Origin: Paramoeba atlantica | Taxonomy: Eukaryota; Protista; Discosea | Length of the DNA stretch: 64,000 nucleotides | Assembly: GCA_977017575.1 (NCBI GenBank) | Contig: CDRNVI010000148.1 | Location: 248,001-312,000, forward strand | Direction: 5' to 3' | In this document: positions 51,610 to 63,079 of the stretch, piece after piece | Layout of the letters: each line of letters begins with the position of its first letter | How positions within the stretch are numbered: the stretch's first letter is position 1 | Notes under the pieces: model-generated | What the model was told of the DNA's origin: nothing | The model's database searches: none | The model's input: only the letters and a program-made list of their open reading frames with translations | Made by a program: the position numbers and the translations under genes

Positions 51610-53476
51610 ATGCGTTTGGTGTTCCTCTGTTGTTTGTTATTTATTATTCTTCTCCTTCCTTGTTCTTTTTGTGATGACGTAAAAGGATGTTTTCGTTATT
51701 CTCTTGAAAATGAATGTTCGATTGTGTTGACTGGGAATGTATCGATTGAAGAGAACGAACAAGAGGATTTCTTCAACCAGAATGTTTCTTTGGTTGTTTC
51801 AAACGTTCGAATGGTCCAAGAAAGTTGTCGAAGACCTTTTTTGTTTTATTATTGCCAATTGATGTTTGGAGGATTTTTGTGTGAATCTTCTTCTCTTCAA
51901 GAACAACATTGTTTAAAACAAGAATCTTGTTTTCAAGTTTCTTCTCTTTGTTCTGATGATTTTCAACTCAATTGTTCCCTCTCTCCTTCTCCTTCTCCTT
52001 CTTCAACAACAACAAATGGATGTGAAAGTGAAGTTGAAAGACAAATTGATGAAGTGAAAGAAACACCAATTGAGGTTGAAACATGTTTGAATGGATCAAA
52101 AGAGAGAATTGAATGTTGTCCAGATCCGTTTACTTTTGATGATAATGATGAATGTGTTGTTGAATGTTATCAATATCTTTTTGGACAATCTTTGGAGAAT
52201 TGGGTCAGGATTATCAGTTTTTCATTTTCATGGTTCTCTTTATTTGCTTTCGCAGTGGGATTGATTCCTCTTTCTCTGATGACTGACTTAAGGTAAAACT
52301 CTTTTTTCTCAATTTTTTGAATCTCTTAACAAACTCTTTCTCGTTCTTTGATGAATTATTTTTTCATATGTAAAGGTATCCAAACTATGTCATTTTTATT
52401 TGTATTGTGTGTCTTCTTCTTTCGGATTTGTTGTGTCTCGATTGGTCAACTTTTGTTGGTTTGGTTTTTTTTTTCATTTCAAAAAACAAACTCTTTCTGA
52501 TTGATTAATATTGGGAAAAAGGTGGACCAGAATCTTTTGTTTGTGATGGGAAGAAGAATTATTGGAAATCAGTTGAGTCTTTTCAATCCTCAACACGATC
52601 TGCCATTCAGTTTTCGCTCTATGTCTTCTTTGTTCAATTGGGGTTTACTCATTGGGTTCTTATTTCCTTCAACTTGTTTTGTCATTCAATGAGGTTCACT
52701 TCTTTTTCTGTTCTCATCCCTTTTCCTCTCTTACCATTCTTTTTATTAGACCATTTTCAACATTCTTTGTAAGATTTATTGAACAACCTGTAAACCCAAG
52801 AATTATTTATTTGATGGAAGGATTTTGTTTTTGTTTACCAACTTCAACATTTTTAGGAACTTTAATTTATTGGTTGAACAATGAAAACGATTCTTTTTCT
52901 TTCAATTCAAAACTTTTCCCGTTGCCTGTTTATTCTCTTCCTTTTCAAGGAAATGATCTTGTTTTGATTGGCCTTTTTGAAGTGCCAGCTATGATCTGTA
53001 TGTTATTCAGTGCAATTCTCTGTACTGTTGCAATTTTTCTCTATCTTAAACGAGGAAGAGGAATCCTGTACTTTCAATGGTTTGTTTTTGATTCACCACC
53101 GTTTTCACTGAGAAAATTTATTGATCCAAAAACACTGAATAGGAGAACAATCCTCCTTTTAATCTATGGGGTGATGGTCTTTTTCTTTTGTGCTATTTAT
53201 ATTGAAGTAATGCGAAAACTATCGAATCAAAACATTGTTCAGTTTATGGATTGTGTTGGTTCTCACCCTCAAGACAGTCCACCACCATGTGAGAGGCAAT
53301 ATAACAATGGATATTCCTTTATCATTTTCTCTCTAATGATCATATTGCTTCCTGGAGGTTCGAGCGTGGTCATCTATTGGACCAATCCATATGTTTTTCT
53401 TTGGTGGAAAGAGTTAATCTTTTCACGAAGAGTCTTGAAAAGTGACCAAGAAGGTGTTCGATATTCTTCCTTGTGA
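51610..53476 (+). CDS. Frizzled/Smoothened-like (Fsl-type) GPCR, copy A
   Basis: Signal peptide, Fz-CRD-like CRRPFLFYYCQLMF..C, SP linker, CCPDPF..CVVECYQYLFG, then 7-TM exons ending IYWTNP..WWKELI. Confidence 0.8.
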
Positions 53477-53720
53477 TCTCATGAATTCGTGAAAAACCCA
53501 ATCGGAAAAGGACTGTCAGACCAGAAGGATGCATTGTTGGTGGTTAATTTTTGAACATAAACTTTTTCAAACTTTTCAAACAACCCAGAAACAAAAAAAG
53601 TGTGAACGTTCAGAAAACCTGGGAACAGTTTCTTCCCCAATAAAAGTTTTTGGTGGATTGGACACATCAAAACTCGTTCGACTAATTTTTCAATTTTTTC
53701 AATTGGTTTAGTTTTCAATG

Positions 53721-54269
53721 TCAGGATCTTTTGGCTGGTTTGATATTCACTTCCATCTGTTTAAAAATAAAACTTGAAAACCCTTTCCAAAGAATAAAGA
53801 AAAGAAATCATAAAAACAAGAGAAAGGAGAGAGAAAAACCAATTCCAAAGATAAATGAGAATAGTCAAGATTCGGTGGAAAATCATAAATATGAGCGAGA
53901 TGCTTTGACCAAGAACCAAAAGGAGGATACATCGATTCCTGATCCTTTGATAATTGACTGTAATTCCAACCTTCAAAAAGAAAAAGGAGAATGAATTGAA
54001 AAAAAAAGAAGATTGAACTTTTTTCCAACAACAAAAGAAAGAGAGAAGAAAAACAGAAAACCATCAGAAGTAATCCCAGTGTCAAAAGAAGAAATTTTCC
54101 AATAATTGCCTCTCTTTCCTGGGTGAAAAAATATCCCTCCTCCCCCTTGTCTGGTAAAACAGTATTTTCCGTTTCTCAGTTTTGGTTCAAGAATGAACTC
54201 TCCATCCACTGATGAAGAATGTTTTGAAGACCCTTTTACAATGATTGTTTCATTTCCCAAATTACTCAT
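53721..54269 (-). CDS. Small 3-exon protein family member 1, C-terminus MEVNIKPAKRS*
   Basis: MSNLGNETIIVKG..RNGKYCFTR..YWKISS..SD|GWNYSQ..MYPPFGSW..LSLEL|MEVNIKPAKRS*. Phases are consistent across GT-AG introns. Confidence 0.8.
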
Positions 54270-54504
54270 GTGTGATTATTCTTGTCTCTTTCCTTCAAGA
54301 GCCGCAGACAAGATGAGAAAATAATGGCAAACCAAAACCACAAACAAAAAAACCCTTTTTCTTCTTATTTAGGAAACCATCCTTCTGTGTGCGAACATTT
54401 TCATACTTTTTTATTGTGAGAGTGCGAACTCTTTTGCTCAACCGTTTTTAATCTTATTTGGACTGCAACTTCTTTCGCGGATTGCATTTTGGGGAGCGTT
54501 TGTG

Positions 54505-56404
54505 GATGGGTTTGGTGTTCCTCTCTTGTTGGTTCTTTATTGCTCTTGTTCTTCTTCCTTGTTCTTTTTGTGATGACGTAAAAGGATGTTTTCGTTATTC
54601 TCTTGAAAATGAATGTTCGATTGTGTTGACTGGGAATGTATCGATTGAAGAGAACGAACAAGAGGATTTCTTCAACCAGAATGTTTCTTTGGTTGTTTCA
54701 AACGTTCGAATGGTCCAAGAAAGTTGTAGAAGACCTTTTTTGTTTTATTATTGCCAATTGATGTTCGGAGGATTTTTGTGTGAATCTTCTTCTCTTCAAG
54801 AACAACATTGTTTGGAACAAGAATCTTGTTTTCAAGTTTCTTCTCTTTGTTCTGATGATTTTCAACTCAATTGTTCCCTCTCTCCCTCTCTCTCTCCTTC
54901 TCCTTCTCCTTCTCCTTCTCCAACAAATGGATGTGAAAGTGAAGTTGAAAGACAAATTGATGAAGTGAAAGAAACACCAATCAAGGTTGAAACATGTTTA
55001 AATGGATCAAAAGAGAGAATTGAATGTTGTCCAGATCCGTTTACTTTTGATGATAATGATGAATGTGTTGTTGAATGTTATCAATATCTTTTTGGACAAT
55101 CTTTGGAGTATTGGGTTCGAATTATCAGTTTTGTGTTCACATGGTTCTCTTTATTTGCTTTTGTAGTTGCCTTTACTCCTCTTTCTCTGATGACTGAACT
55201 AAGGTAAAACTCTATTTTCTCAATTTTTTGAATCTTAACAAACTCTTTCTCATTCTTGATCAATTTTTTATAAAAGGTATCCAAATAATGTCTTCTTTAT
55301 TTCTGAAGGTGCCTACCTTCTTTCACATTTATGTCTCAATTGGTCAACTTTTGTTGGTTTGGTTTTTTTTTTCATTTCAAAAAACAAACTCTTTCTGATT
55401 GATTAATATTGGGAAAAAGGTGGACCAGAATCTTTTGTTTGTGATGGGAAGAAGAATTATTGGAAATCAGTTGAGTCTTTTCAATCCTCAACACAATCTG
55501 CCATTCAGTTTTCGCTTTTTGTTCTATTTCTTCAATTGGGAACGACTCATTGGCTTCTTGTTTCCTTCAACTTGTTTTGTCAATCGATGAGGTTCAATTT
55601 TTACTTTTATTTTTATCTCTCTCTTTCTTTTTTCCTCTTATCCTCTTCCTTCTTTAGACAATTTTCAACATTCTTTGTAAGATTTATTGAACAACCTGTA
55701 AACCCAAGAATTATTTATTTGATGGAAGGGTTTTGTATTTGTTTGCCAACTTCAACATTTTTAGGAACTTTAATTTATTTGTTGAACAACGAAAACGATT
55801 CTGTTTCTTTCAATTCAAAACTTTTACCATTGCCTGTTTATGGTTTTCCTTTTCAAGGAAATGATCTTGTTTTGATTGGCCTTTTCGAAGTGCCAACTTT
55901 CGTGTATGCATTCATCAGTGCAATTTTGTGTTTTATTGCAATTGTTCTCTATCTTACACGAGGAAGAGTAATCCTGTACTTTCAATGGTTTGTTTTTTAT
56001 TGATCACCATAAAAATTTCTTTTCTTCTTAGTGCTGAAAAAACACTGAATAGGAGGTCAATCCTCTTCTTACTCTTTGGAGTGGTGATTTTTGTTTGGGG
56101 TATTATTTATATTTTTGTCATGCGAAAACTCTCAAATAAGAGCATTGTTCATTTCATGGATTGTGTTGGTTCTCACCCTCAAGATAGCCCACCACCATGT
56201 GAGAGGCAGTACGATAACGGATATACTTTTAGCATTTTGTATTTGGCTATAATATCAATTCCTGGATTTGGGACTGTGATCATTTTTTGGACCAATTCAT
56301 ATGTTTTTCTTTGGTGGAAAGAGTTAATCTTTTCACGAAGAATCAGGACTTCATCAAAGGAAGATTATCAGGAAATAGGCATCAATCGAGATTCTTCTCG
56401 TTAA
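54505..56404 (+). CDS. Fsl-type GPCR, copy B
   Basis: Near-identical to copy A in the CRD exon (DDVKGCFRYSLENECS...), with the same intron positions. Confidence 0.8.
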
Positions 56405-56585
56405 GTCAGAATCCAAGATTCTTCCTTTTCCTCAATCAAACAACTCTTTTGTAGACAACTAATGTTTATTATCTTTCTTTGAAACAAACATTAATCTCTT
56501 TGATGAATTTTTGTGTTCCGGAGAGTGAACATCTGGATCATATCATTTTATTCTTATTTAGGTAAAAAGGGTTTGATTCCTCCGA

Positions 56586-57177
56586 TTTTTTTAGGTGGGA
56601 ATATTTTTACCATTGCCTGTTTATGGGTTTCCTTTTCAAGGAAATGATCTTGTTTTGATCGGTCTCTTTGAAGTGCCAGGTTTATTGTCCGCATTCATCA
56701 GTGCAATTCTCTGTTTTATTGCAATTTTTCTCTATCTTAAACGAGGAAGGGCAATTTTGTACTTTCAGTGGTTTGTTTTTTCTTAATTTCGTCTCTCCTT
56801 ACCTAAAAACTCTGAATAGGAGAACAATCCTCTTTTTAATCTTTGGAGGGTTCGTCTTCTTCTTAGCTGTTTTTTATGTTGAAGTAATGCGAAAACTATC
56901 AAATTGGAACATTGTTCATTTTATGGATTGTGTTGGTTCTCACCCTCAAGACAGCCCACCACCATGTGAGAGGCAGTATAACAATGGATATTCCTTTATC
57001 ATTTTGTTTTTGATCTTGGTATTGCTTCCTGAATGTGCGACTGTGATCCTTTTTTGGACCAATCCAAATGTTTTTCTTTGGTGGAAAGAGTTAATCTTTT
57101 CAAGAAGAGTTTTAACTTTAGCAAAGAAAAATTATCAGGAAATAGGCATCAATCGAGACACTTCTTCGAATCTATGA
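56586..57177 (+). pseudogene. Internally deleted Fsl-type GPCR copy (promoter fused to TM3-7 exons)
   Basis: Starts with TTTTTAGGTGGGAATATTTT (same as 51481-51500, upstream of copy A) joined directly to LPLPVYGFPFQGNDLV...WWKELI. No CRD or TM1-2. Confidence 0.7.
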
Positions 57178-57367
57178 CCTCACTTGTTTTGCGAAATTTT
57201 TGGACTGCCCGCTGCTTCAAGTTTCAAACCAAAAGAACAAGAACGAAGGGAATGTCCCAGGATTTGCCTATTTTTTCCTCTTGGAAAGAAAAAACGAGTG
57301 GGATGATTTGAAGAAAGAAAAGACAAAAAACAAGACAAGAGAGGAGATAGAAAAGTTTTCAAAAAAG

Positions 57368-57395
57368 ATAGAAAGTGTGGGATTTGAACCCACGA
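57368..57395 (-). other. tRNA 3'-half remnant / B-box (T-arm + 3' acceptor strand)
   Basis: Reverse complement CGTGGGTTCAAATCCCAC-ACTTTCTA followed by a T-run. No matching 5' half was found. Confidence 0.4.
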
Positions 57396-57608
57396 ACCCT
57401 TGAAACCAGAGAAAAGTGCGTTTTTTTCTTGGAAAAGAATCTTATGAGATTTTTGTTCGGGAGAAAATCTTGTTTTTTTTTTTTTTTTTTGAGATTTTTC
57501 GAAGAGGGTTCAAAAAAAGAGAGAGCAGAGAGAAAAGAGAAGGAAAGAGAGATTGATCAATCTGGTGAACGGATTGGAAAAGAGAGAGAGAGAAGAGAAG
57601 AGAAGAGA

Positions 57609-60077
57609 ATGGCTCAAGGTTATATTTTTCTTTCTTTTGTTTTGTTTGTTGGGCCTCTTTTTTGATCGAAATTTCTTTTCCTTTTTTGATTCATTTTCTT
57701 TTTTTTTTTTTTGGCAAAACAGACGAAGAAGATTCTCTCCAAATCCTCTCTTCGGTCTCTCTTTCTTTTCTCTTTTTCTTTTCTTTTTCTTTTTGTTCTC
57801 TCTTCTCATTTCTTTTTGTTTTGTTTAGTATCAAGCAAACGAAGATCAATCAACTGAAGAAGAAAGCATCGATGGAGAGAGTGAATTGAGGCTTCTTGAA
57901 GACATGAAAGAGAGAGAGGAAGATGAGAGAAGAATGGAAGAAGAAGAAGAGACAAGGAAGAAGGAAGAAGAAGAGAAAAGAAGAAAGGAGGAAGAAGAAA
58001 TAAGGAGGAAAGAAGAAGAAGAAAAAGAAAGAAAAGAAAAGGAAGAGAGAATCGAAAGTGAGAGGAGAAGATTGGAGGAAGAGAGAAAAAGAGAGGAAGA
58101 AAGAAGAAGAGAGGAGGAAAGAAGAAGAGAAGAAGAGAGAAGAAGAGAAGAGGAAGAAAGAAGGAGGAGAGAGCAAGAAGAGGAAGAAAAAAGAAGAGAG
58201 GAAAGAAAGAGAAGGGAGGTAGAAGAGGAAGAAAGAAAAAGAAAAGAAGAGGAGGAAAGAAAAAGACAAGAAGAAGAAAGAAAAAAAAGAGAAGAACAAG
58301 AAAAAAGAAGAGAAGAAGAAAGAAAAAAAGAAGAAGAAAGAAGAAAACAAGCACTTTTAGAATTAGAAGAAGAAAGAAGAAGAGAAAGAGAAAGAGAAGA
58401 CGAAAGAAAAAGAGGAGAAGAAAGAAAAAAAGAGGAAGAAAGAAGAAAACAAGCACTTTTAGAATTAGAAGAAGAGAAAAGAAAAGAAAAAGAAAGAGAA
58501 GAACACCTCCAACAAACCCTCCAATGGATCAAAGAGAAAGAGAGAGAGAAAGAAGAGAATAAAGAGAGAAGAACACAAGAAGAAGAAGAAGAAGAAGATG
58601 GGATAATGACAGAAGAAGAATCAGATTCAATAACCGATTTTAGAGACGAAAGAGAAGAGAGAAGGAGAGAAAAGTGGAAAGTTTCTTATCATTTGTTCTC
58701 TGATTCTTTTATTGAAGAAGATTTGGGTGATGAGAGAGAAGGAGAGAGAGAAAGAGAGAGGGAAATGGAGAGAGAGAGAGAGGAGAAAGAGAAGAGAAGG
58801 AGGATGAGAGGAGAGAAAGAAAATCAATTTGCTTCTTGGGATCCTTTTGCGAAGGTTTTTTTGTTCATTTTTTTTCTCTTTTTTTTTCTCTTTTTCTCTT
58901 TTTTCCACTTTTTTTCCCTTTATTTTCTTCTTTATTTTCTTCTTTTTATTTTTTTCGAAAATATTTTCTCTTTCTCTCTTTTTAATCTCTCTTCTAAAAC
59001 CAATTACCTCAGGAAACAAAAGAACAAATCGAAAAAGAAACATATTTAGCGAAATTAGAGAAAATGAGCCAAAGTGCTCGCCAAAAATCGCCCCATTTTG
59101 TCGAGGTAAGTCATAAAATGAAAGAAAAAAGATAAGAGAGAAATTTTAGAGAATAAAACCAACAAATACTTATTTTAATTAACGAATAAGATGTTCATAA
59201 GAGGAGAGTGTTTTTGTACTCACAACAATATTATCCAAATAATTAATAATAAGAAAAATAATCTTTTATCTTCTTTTGAATATTCTTAAGATTCGCTTCA
59301 TATTGTCCCGTCTTTTTATTTTTAAAAAATCTGATGAATAATAAAGAAGAATAAAAGATTAAGAAATCATATAATAATAGATGGGAGATGTAGTTCGAGC
59401 AGAAGATATTGTCTTACAATGTGAGAGTAACAATAACAGATAATAATAAATAATAAATAATAATAAATAATAAATAATAATAAATAATAGATGGGAGATG
59501 TAGTTCGAGCAGAAGATATCGTATTACAATGGGATGAAATGCCTCTTCTTCCTGATACTGAAATTGAGTCTGGAATGGAAGAGATGTCTCATGATGAATT
59601 TCTTACTTTTACGTTCTTTCTTTTTTTCTTTTTTCTTTTTTTTTCTTTTCTTTTTCTTTCTCTGATCTCTTTTTTTTCTTTTTTTTTTCTTTTTGTGTTT
59701 TTCTTTCCCTCTTAATTCGACATTTCTTCTGTTCCTTTTTCCTTTTTCCTTTTTCTTCAATTCAAAAATTGAATGGCTCTTTCGTTTGACAGAGATACTG
59801 AAGCAACACCATTATACCAAGAAGAACAAGAAGAATCAGAAGGAGAAGACGAAGGTGATTCGTTGATTCCTCAAACTCCTGAATCTTCTCAGCCTTCAAA
59901 TAGAGTTTGTTTTTTTTCTTTTTCTTTTCGTTTTTTTTTGTTCGTTCTTTCATTTTTTTTGATCTTTTTTTTTCGTTGATTCTTTAGGGAAGGAGAAGGA
60001 GAAATTCCTCAAAAAAAAGAAATGAAAAAGAAGAAAAAAGTTGTTGTGATAATCTTTCTCAGTGTACGCTAATGTGA
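57609..60077 (+). CDS. E/R-rich protein with polybasic, Cys-Cys and CaaX C-terminus (predicted prenylated), multi-exon
   Basis: Charged exon 57829-58854. Last exon from 59988 reads GRRRRNSSKKRNEKEEKSCCDNLSQCTLM*. Middle exons are uncertain. Confidence 0.65.
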
Positions 60078-60197
60078 GAACAAACAAAAATAAATAAGAA
60101 AAAAAAATAGATTTATTTTTTGGATTATTTTTTGGATTATTTTTTGAGATGAAAAAAAGAAAGAAAATTGTTTCAAAAAAAAAAGGAGATATATTTT

Positions 60198-61130
60198 TTA
60201 AACAATACCATCCATCCACAACGCATTCAAATTTTGAAAAGAATCAAAATCAATTTCCCTTTCCATCTCAGCTGCAAGTTCAGAAACATTCAAAAGAAGA
60301 TGAGAATCTTGAGCACGATCAATAAGATTTCTTGCAAATTTCTCTTTTCCTTCCAAAACATATCTTTTTTCTCTCAAATCTTCCAAACGAGTTTGACTTT
60401 GTTCCAAGGCAATTTGAAGTCTTTCTCCCTCTTCTTCTTGTTCACGAATCGCAACACCCAAAAAATCGAGATGGGAGGTTACACTCTTCAATTTATCGAG
60501 AAGAAGAGCCCTTTTCTCTCTCGCAGCGACATTGATGGGGATGATTTTGTGAGAATCATGGCTGACAATCTTACATTCCAAACAAACTAATTCAGAACAT
60601 TCTGTACAGAAATATTTCAATTCTTGTTGGATATGAAATGAACAAGGAGGGTGGATTTCTGCCTCGGAGGGATCCACAAGTAAATGATTGAGAAAGATTC
60701 TCCCTCTGTGGTGGTTGACCAAGCAATTCGAACACATGAAAAGTTTGCAATTGTAACAATATCGATGTCCTTCATTTTCACAATCGAAACAAGTTTTGTC
60801 GATTGGTCCAAAAAAGTCATTTGGTGGTACATTCTTCTTCTCATCTCCTTTCTTTTCTGCCGCTGTCGGGTCGTATTTCGGGAGATGTTCTTTTGTTTGG
60901 ACAATTGTATTATGGCGGCAGAGAGGGCAACAGATCTTCCATGTCTTTTTGAAGCTCGAGTGAGTCACTTGAAGACAATCGAAACAAAACGCATGACCAC
61001 ACATTAATAGACGAGGATCTCGAAAATCATCGAAACAAATGGCACATTTTTCTTCAGGAAAGTGCATAGGAATGCTCACAAAATCTCCCCCAGTTGTCGT
61101 TTCGTCTTGGCTAAAGGGCTCGACCGCCAT
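60198..61130 (-). CDS. TRIM/RBCC-like E3 ligase (RING - B-box1 - B-box2 - coiled coil)
   Basis: CAIC..CGHAFCFDC..CPLCR; CFDC..YCYNC..CSNC..H; CSFH..YFCTEC..CLEC..H..H; then a heptad-rich helix. Confidence 0.9.
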   Translation of the reverse strand: MAVEPFSQDETTTGGDFVSIPMHFPEEKCAICFDDFRDPRLLMCGHAFCFDCLQVTHSSFKKTWKICCPLCRHNTIVQTKEHLPKYDPTAAEKKGDEKKNVPPNDFFGPIDKTCFDCENEGHRYCYNCKLFMCSNCLVNHHRGRIFLNHLLVDPSEAEIHPPCSFHIQQELKYFCTECSELVCLECKIVSHDSHKIIPINVAAREKRALLLDKLKSVTSHLDFLGVAIREQEEEGERLQIALEQSQTRLEDLREKRYVLEGKEKFARNLIDRAQDSHLLLNVSELAAEMEREIDFDSFQNLNALWMDGIV

Positions 61131-61539
61131 TGGATTGGTATCACTCAAGATGATGTTGAGAAAAAGAAGAAAAAACTGAAAACCCCATCGCCATCACGAC
61201 AGCAGTTACTACAATCCACCAAAAATGGTTCTGTTTTTAAATTATTATTTCAATTTTTTTAAAGTGATTTTCTCGCTATTATAAAAAAATTAGGAAAAAT
61301 CAAAAAAGGACGTGGAATTCAACGTGTTTGTTCTTTTGTGGTTGACACGTTTTGGTCTCCTCCCACTTTCGAAAAAAAATGAATGGGAGAATGAACAAAA
61401 AGAGAAATGGAATTGAACGTGTTGCTCCAAATGTCTTGCCATTTTCAGAAGAGGTTCTTCTCTTTTTTGAATCTGACTTTTTCTGACTTAATTTGGCAAG
61501 TGAGTTCGAAGAAGTTTGAAGTCAAGATTCTTTTTGAAA

Positions 61540-62046
61540 AGATCAGGAAGAACCAAAACTGAGAAAGGGGGGAAAAAGGGAAATGTAGTTTTACAAAGAA
61601 AGAAGGACCGAGATATTTTCACCCAGAAAAGAGAGCCAATTCTTGAAAAATTTCTTCATTTCACTGGAATTGCTTCTGAAGGTTTTCTTTTCTTTCCCCT
61701 CTTTCTTTTCTTGGTTCGGTTTGTCGTTGTACGAGTTGTTGGAAACTCTTCGTTCAATGAATTTTTAATATCTTCATTTAATTCTCCTTTTTCTTTTTTG
61801 AAGGTTGGAATTACAGTCAATTATCAAAGGATCAGGAATCGATGTGTTCAAAGCATCTTGCTCATCTGAGTATTCCAGTTATCTTTGGAATTGGTTTTCC
61901 TCTCCTTCTTTGAAAATTTGGAATTGGGTTTTCTCTTTCATTTCTCTTGTTTTTATTTCTTTTCTTTTCTTTTTTCTTTGAAAAGGGTTTAAAGTTTTAT
62001 TTTTAAACAGCTGGAAGTGAATATCAAACCAGCCAAAAGATCCTGA
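61540..62046 (+). pseudogene. Inverted, degraded copy of the small protein family (ends LEVNIKPAKRS*)
   Basis: Exon homologues with an in-frame TGA (NS*KISS vs NYWKISS) and deletions in exon 2. The terminal exon 62011-62046 is intact, and the 3' flank to ~62185 matches the reverse complement of ~53580-53720. Confidence 0.75.
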
Positions 62047-62234
62047 CATTGAAAACGAAACTGATTATTGAAAAATTAGTTGAACGAATTTTGATGTGTC
62101 CAATCCACCAAAAACTTTTATTGGAGAAGAAACTGTTCCCAGGTTTTCTGAACGTTCCCACTTTTTTTGTTTCTGGGTTGTGTGGGGTTGTCAACTTATC
62201 TTTTGATCATTACTTTTACTTTGAATGTGTTTTT

Positions 62235-62804
62235 TCAAGATCTTTTGGCTGGTTTGATATTCACTTCGCTCCTCTATGGAAAATAAAATTTATTTTAAGA
62301 AATAATAAAAAAAAAGAGAGACAAAAAACAAACTAATTCCAAAGAAAGATTCCAATAATCAAGATCTGTTGGGGAATCATGAGGATGAGTCAAACTCTTT
62401 GACCAGGATCCAAAAGGAGGATACATCGATTCCTCGTCATTTGGAAGTTGACTGTAATTCCAACCTTCAAAAAGAAGAAGTTTTATTCTTTGATCTTGTC
62501 TTAAGAGAATAATTCTTTGAATTAAATCTAACACCAAATCAATTTCCAGAACAGAAGAAAAACCTGTAGAAGTAATTCCAGTATTTCTTCCACTAATTTT
62601 CCAATAACTCTTCCCACCCCATGTTCGCTCTGTATCAAAATATATGGCTCCTTCCTTTCTTTTCTTCTCCCCATCACAATCCTGATCTTGTTTTCTTGTA
62701 AAACAATATTTTCCATTTCTAAGTTGTTGTTCAACAACAAATTCTCCATCAACAACGCACACCTTTGCAGACCCTTTTATAATAATCGATTCAGACTCAC
62801 TCAT
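62235..62804 (-). CDS. Small 3-exon protein family member 2, C-terminus RSEVNIKPAKRS*
   Basis: MSESESIIIKG..RNGKYCFTRK..YWKISG..ST|GWNYSQ..MYPPFGSW..LSLEL|RSEVNIKPAKRS*. Confidence 0.8.
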
Positions 62805-63079
62805 TATGTTTTTGTTCTTTCCACAACGACAAAAGTTCTGGAGTCAACAGAAACTCTTTCTCTTTTTGTTTTTTTCACCCAAAAAGAAAGAGTCAACAAA
62901 AAAAACAAAATCTTTTTCTTCTTATTTTAGAAATAAAAGGTTTTATCGCAGATAACTTTTGGGTGCGAATATTTTCAATCATTTTTATTGTGGGAGTGCG
63001 AACTATTCTCAGAATTTTTGTCTTTTTTTCTATTTTTGTTTCGCTCTCAGTTTTGTGTTGTCTGGGGGGAAGTTTGTGA

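Noticed and set aside
59431-59490. CRISPR-like or telomeric repeat
   Set aside because: It is a simple AATAATAAAT microsatellite with no spacers. No CRISPR array or telomeric tract was seen in the window.
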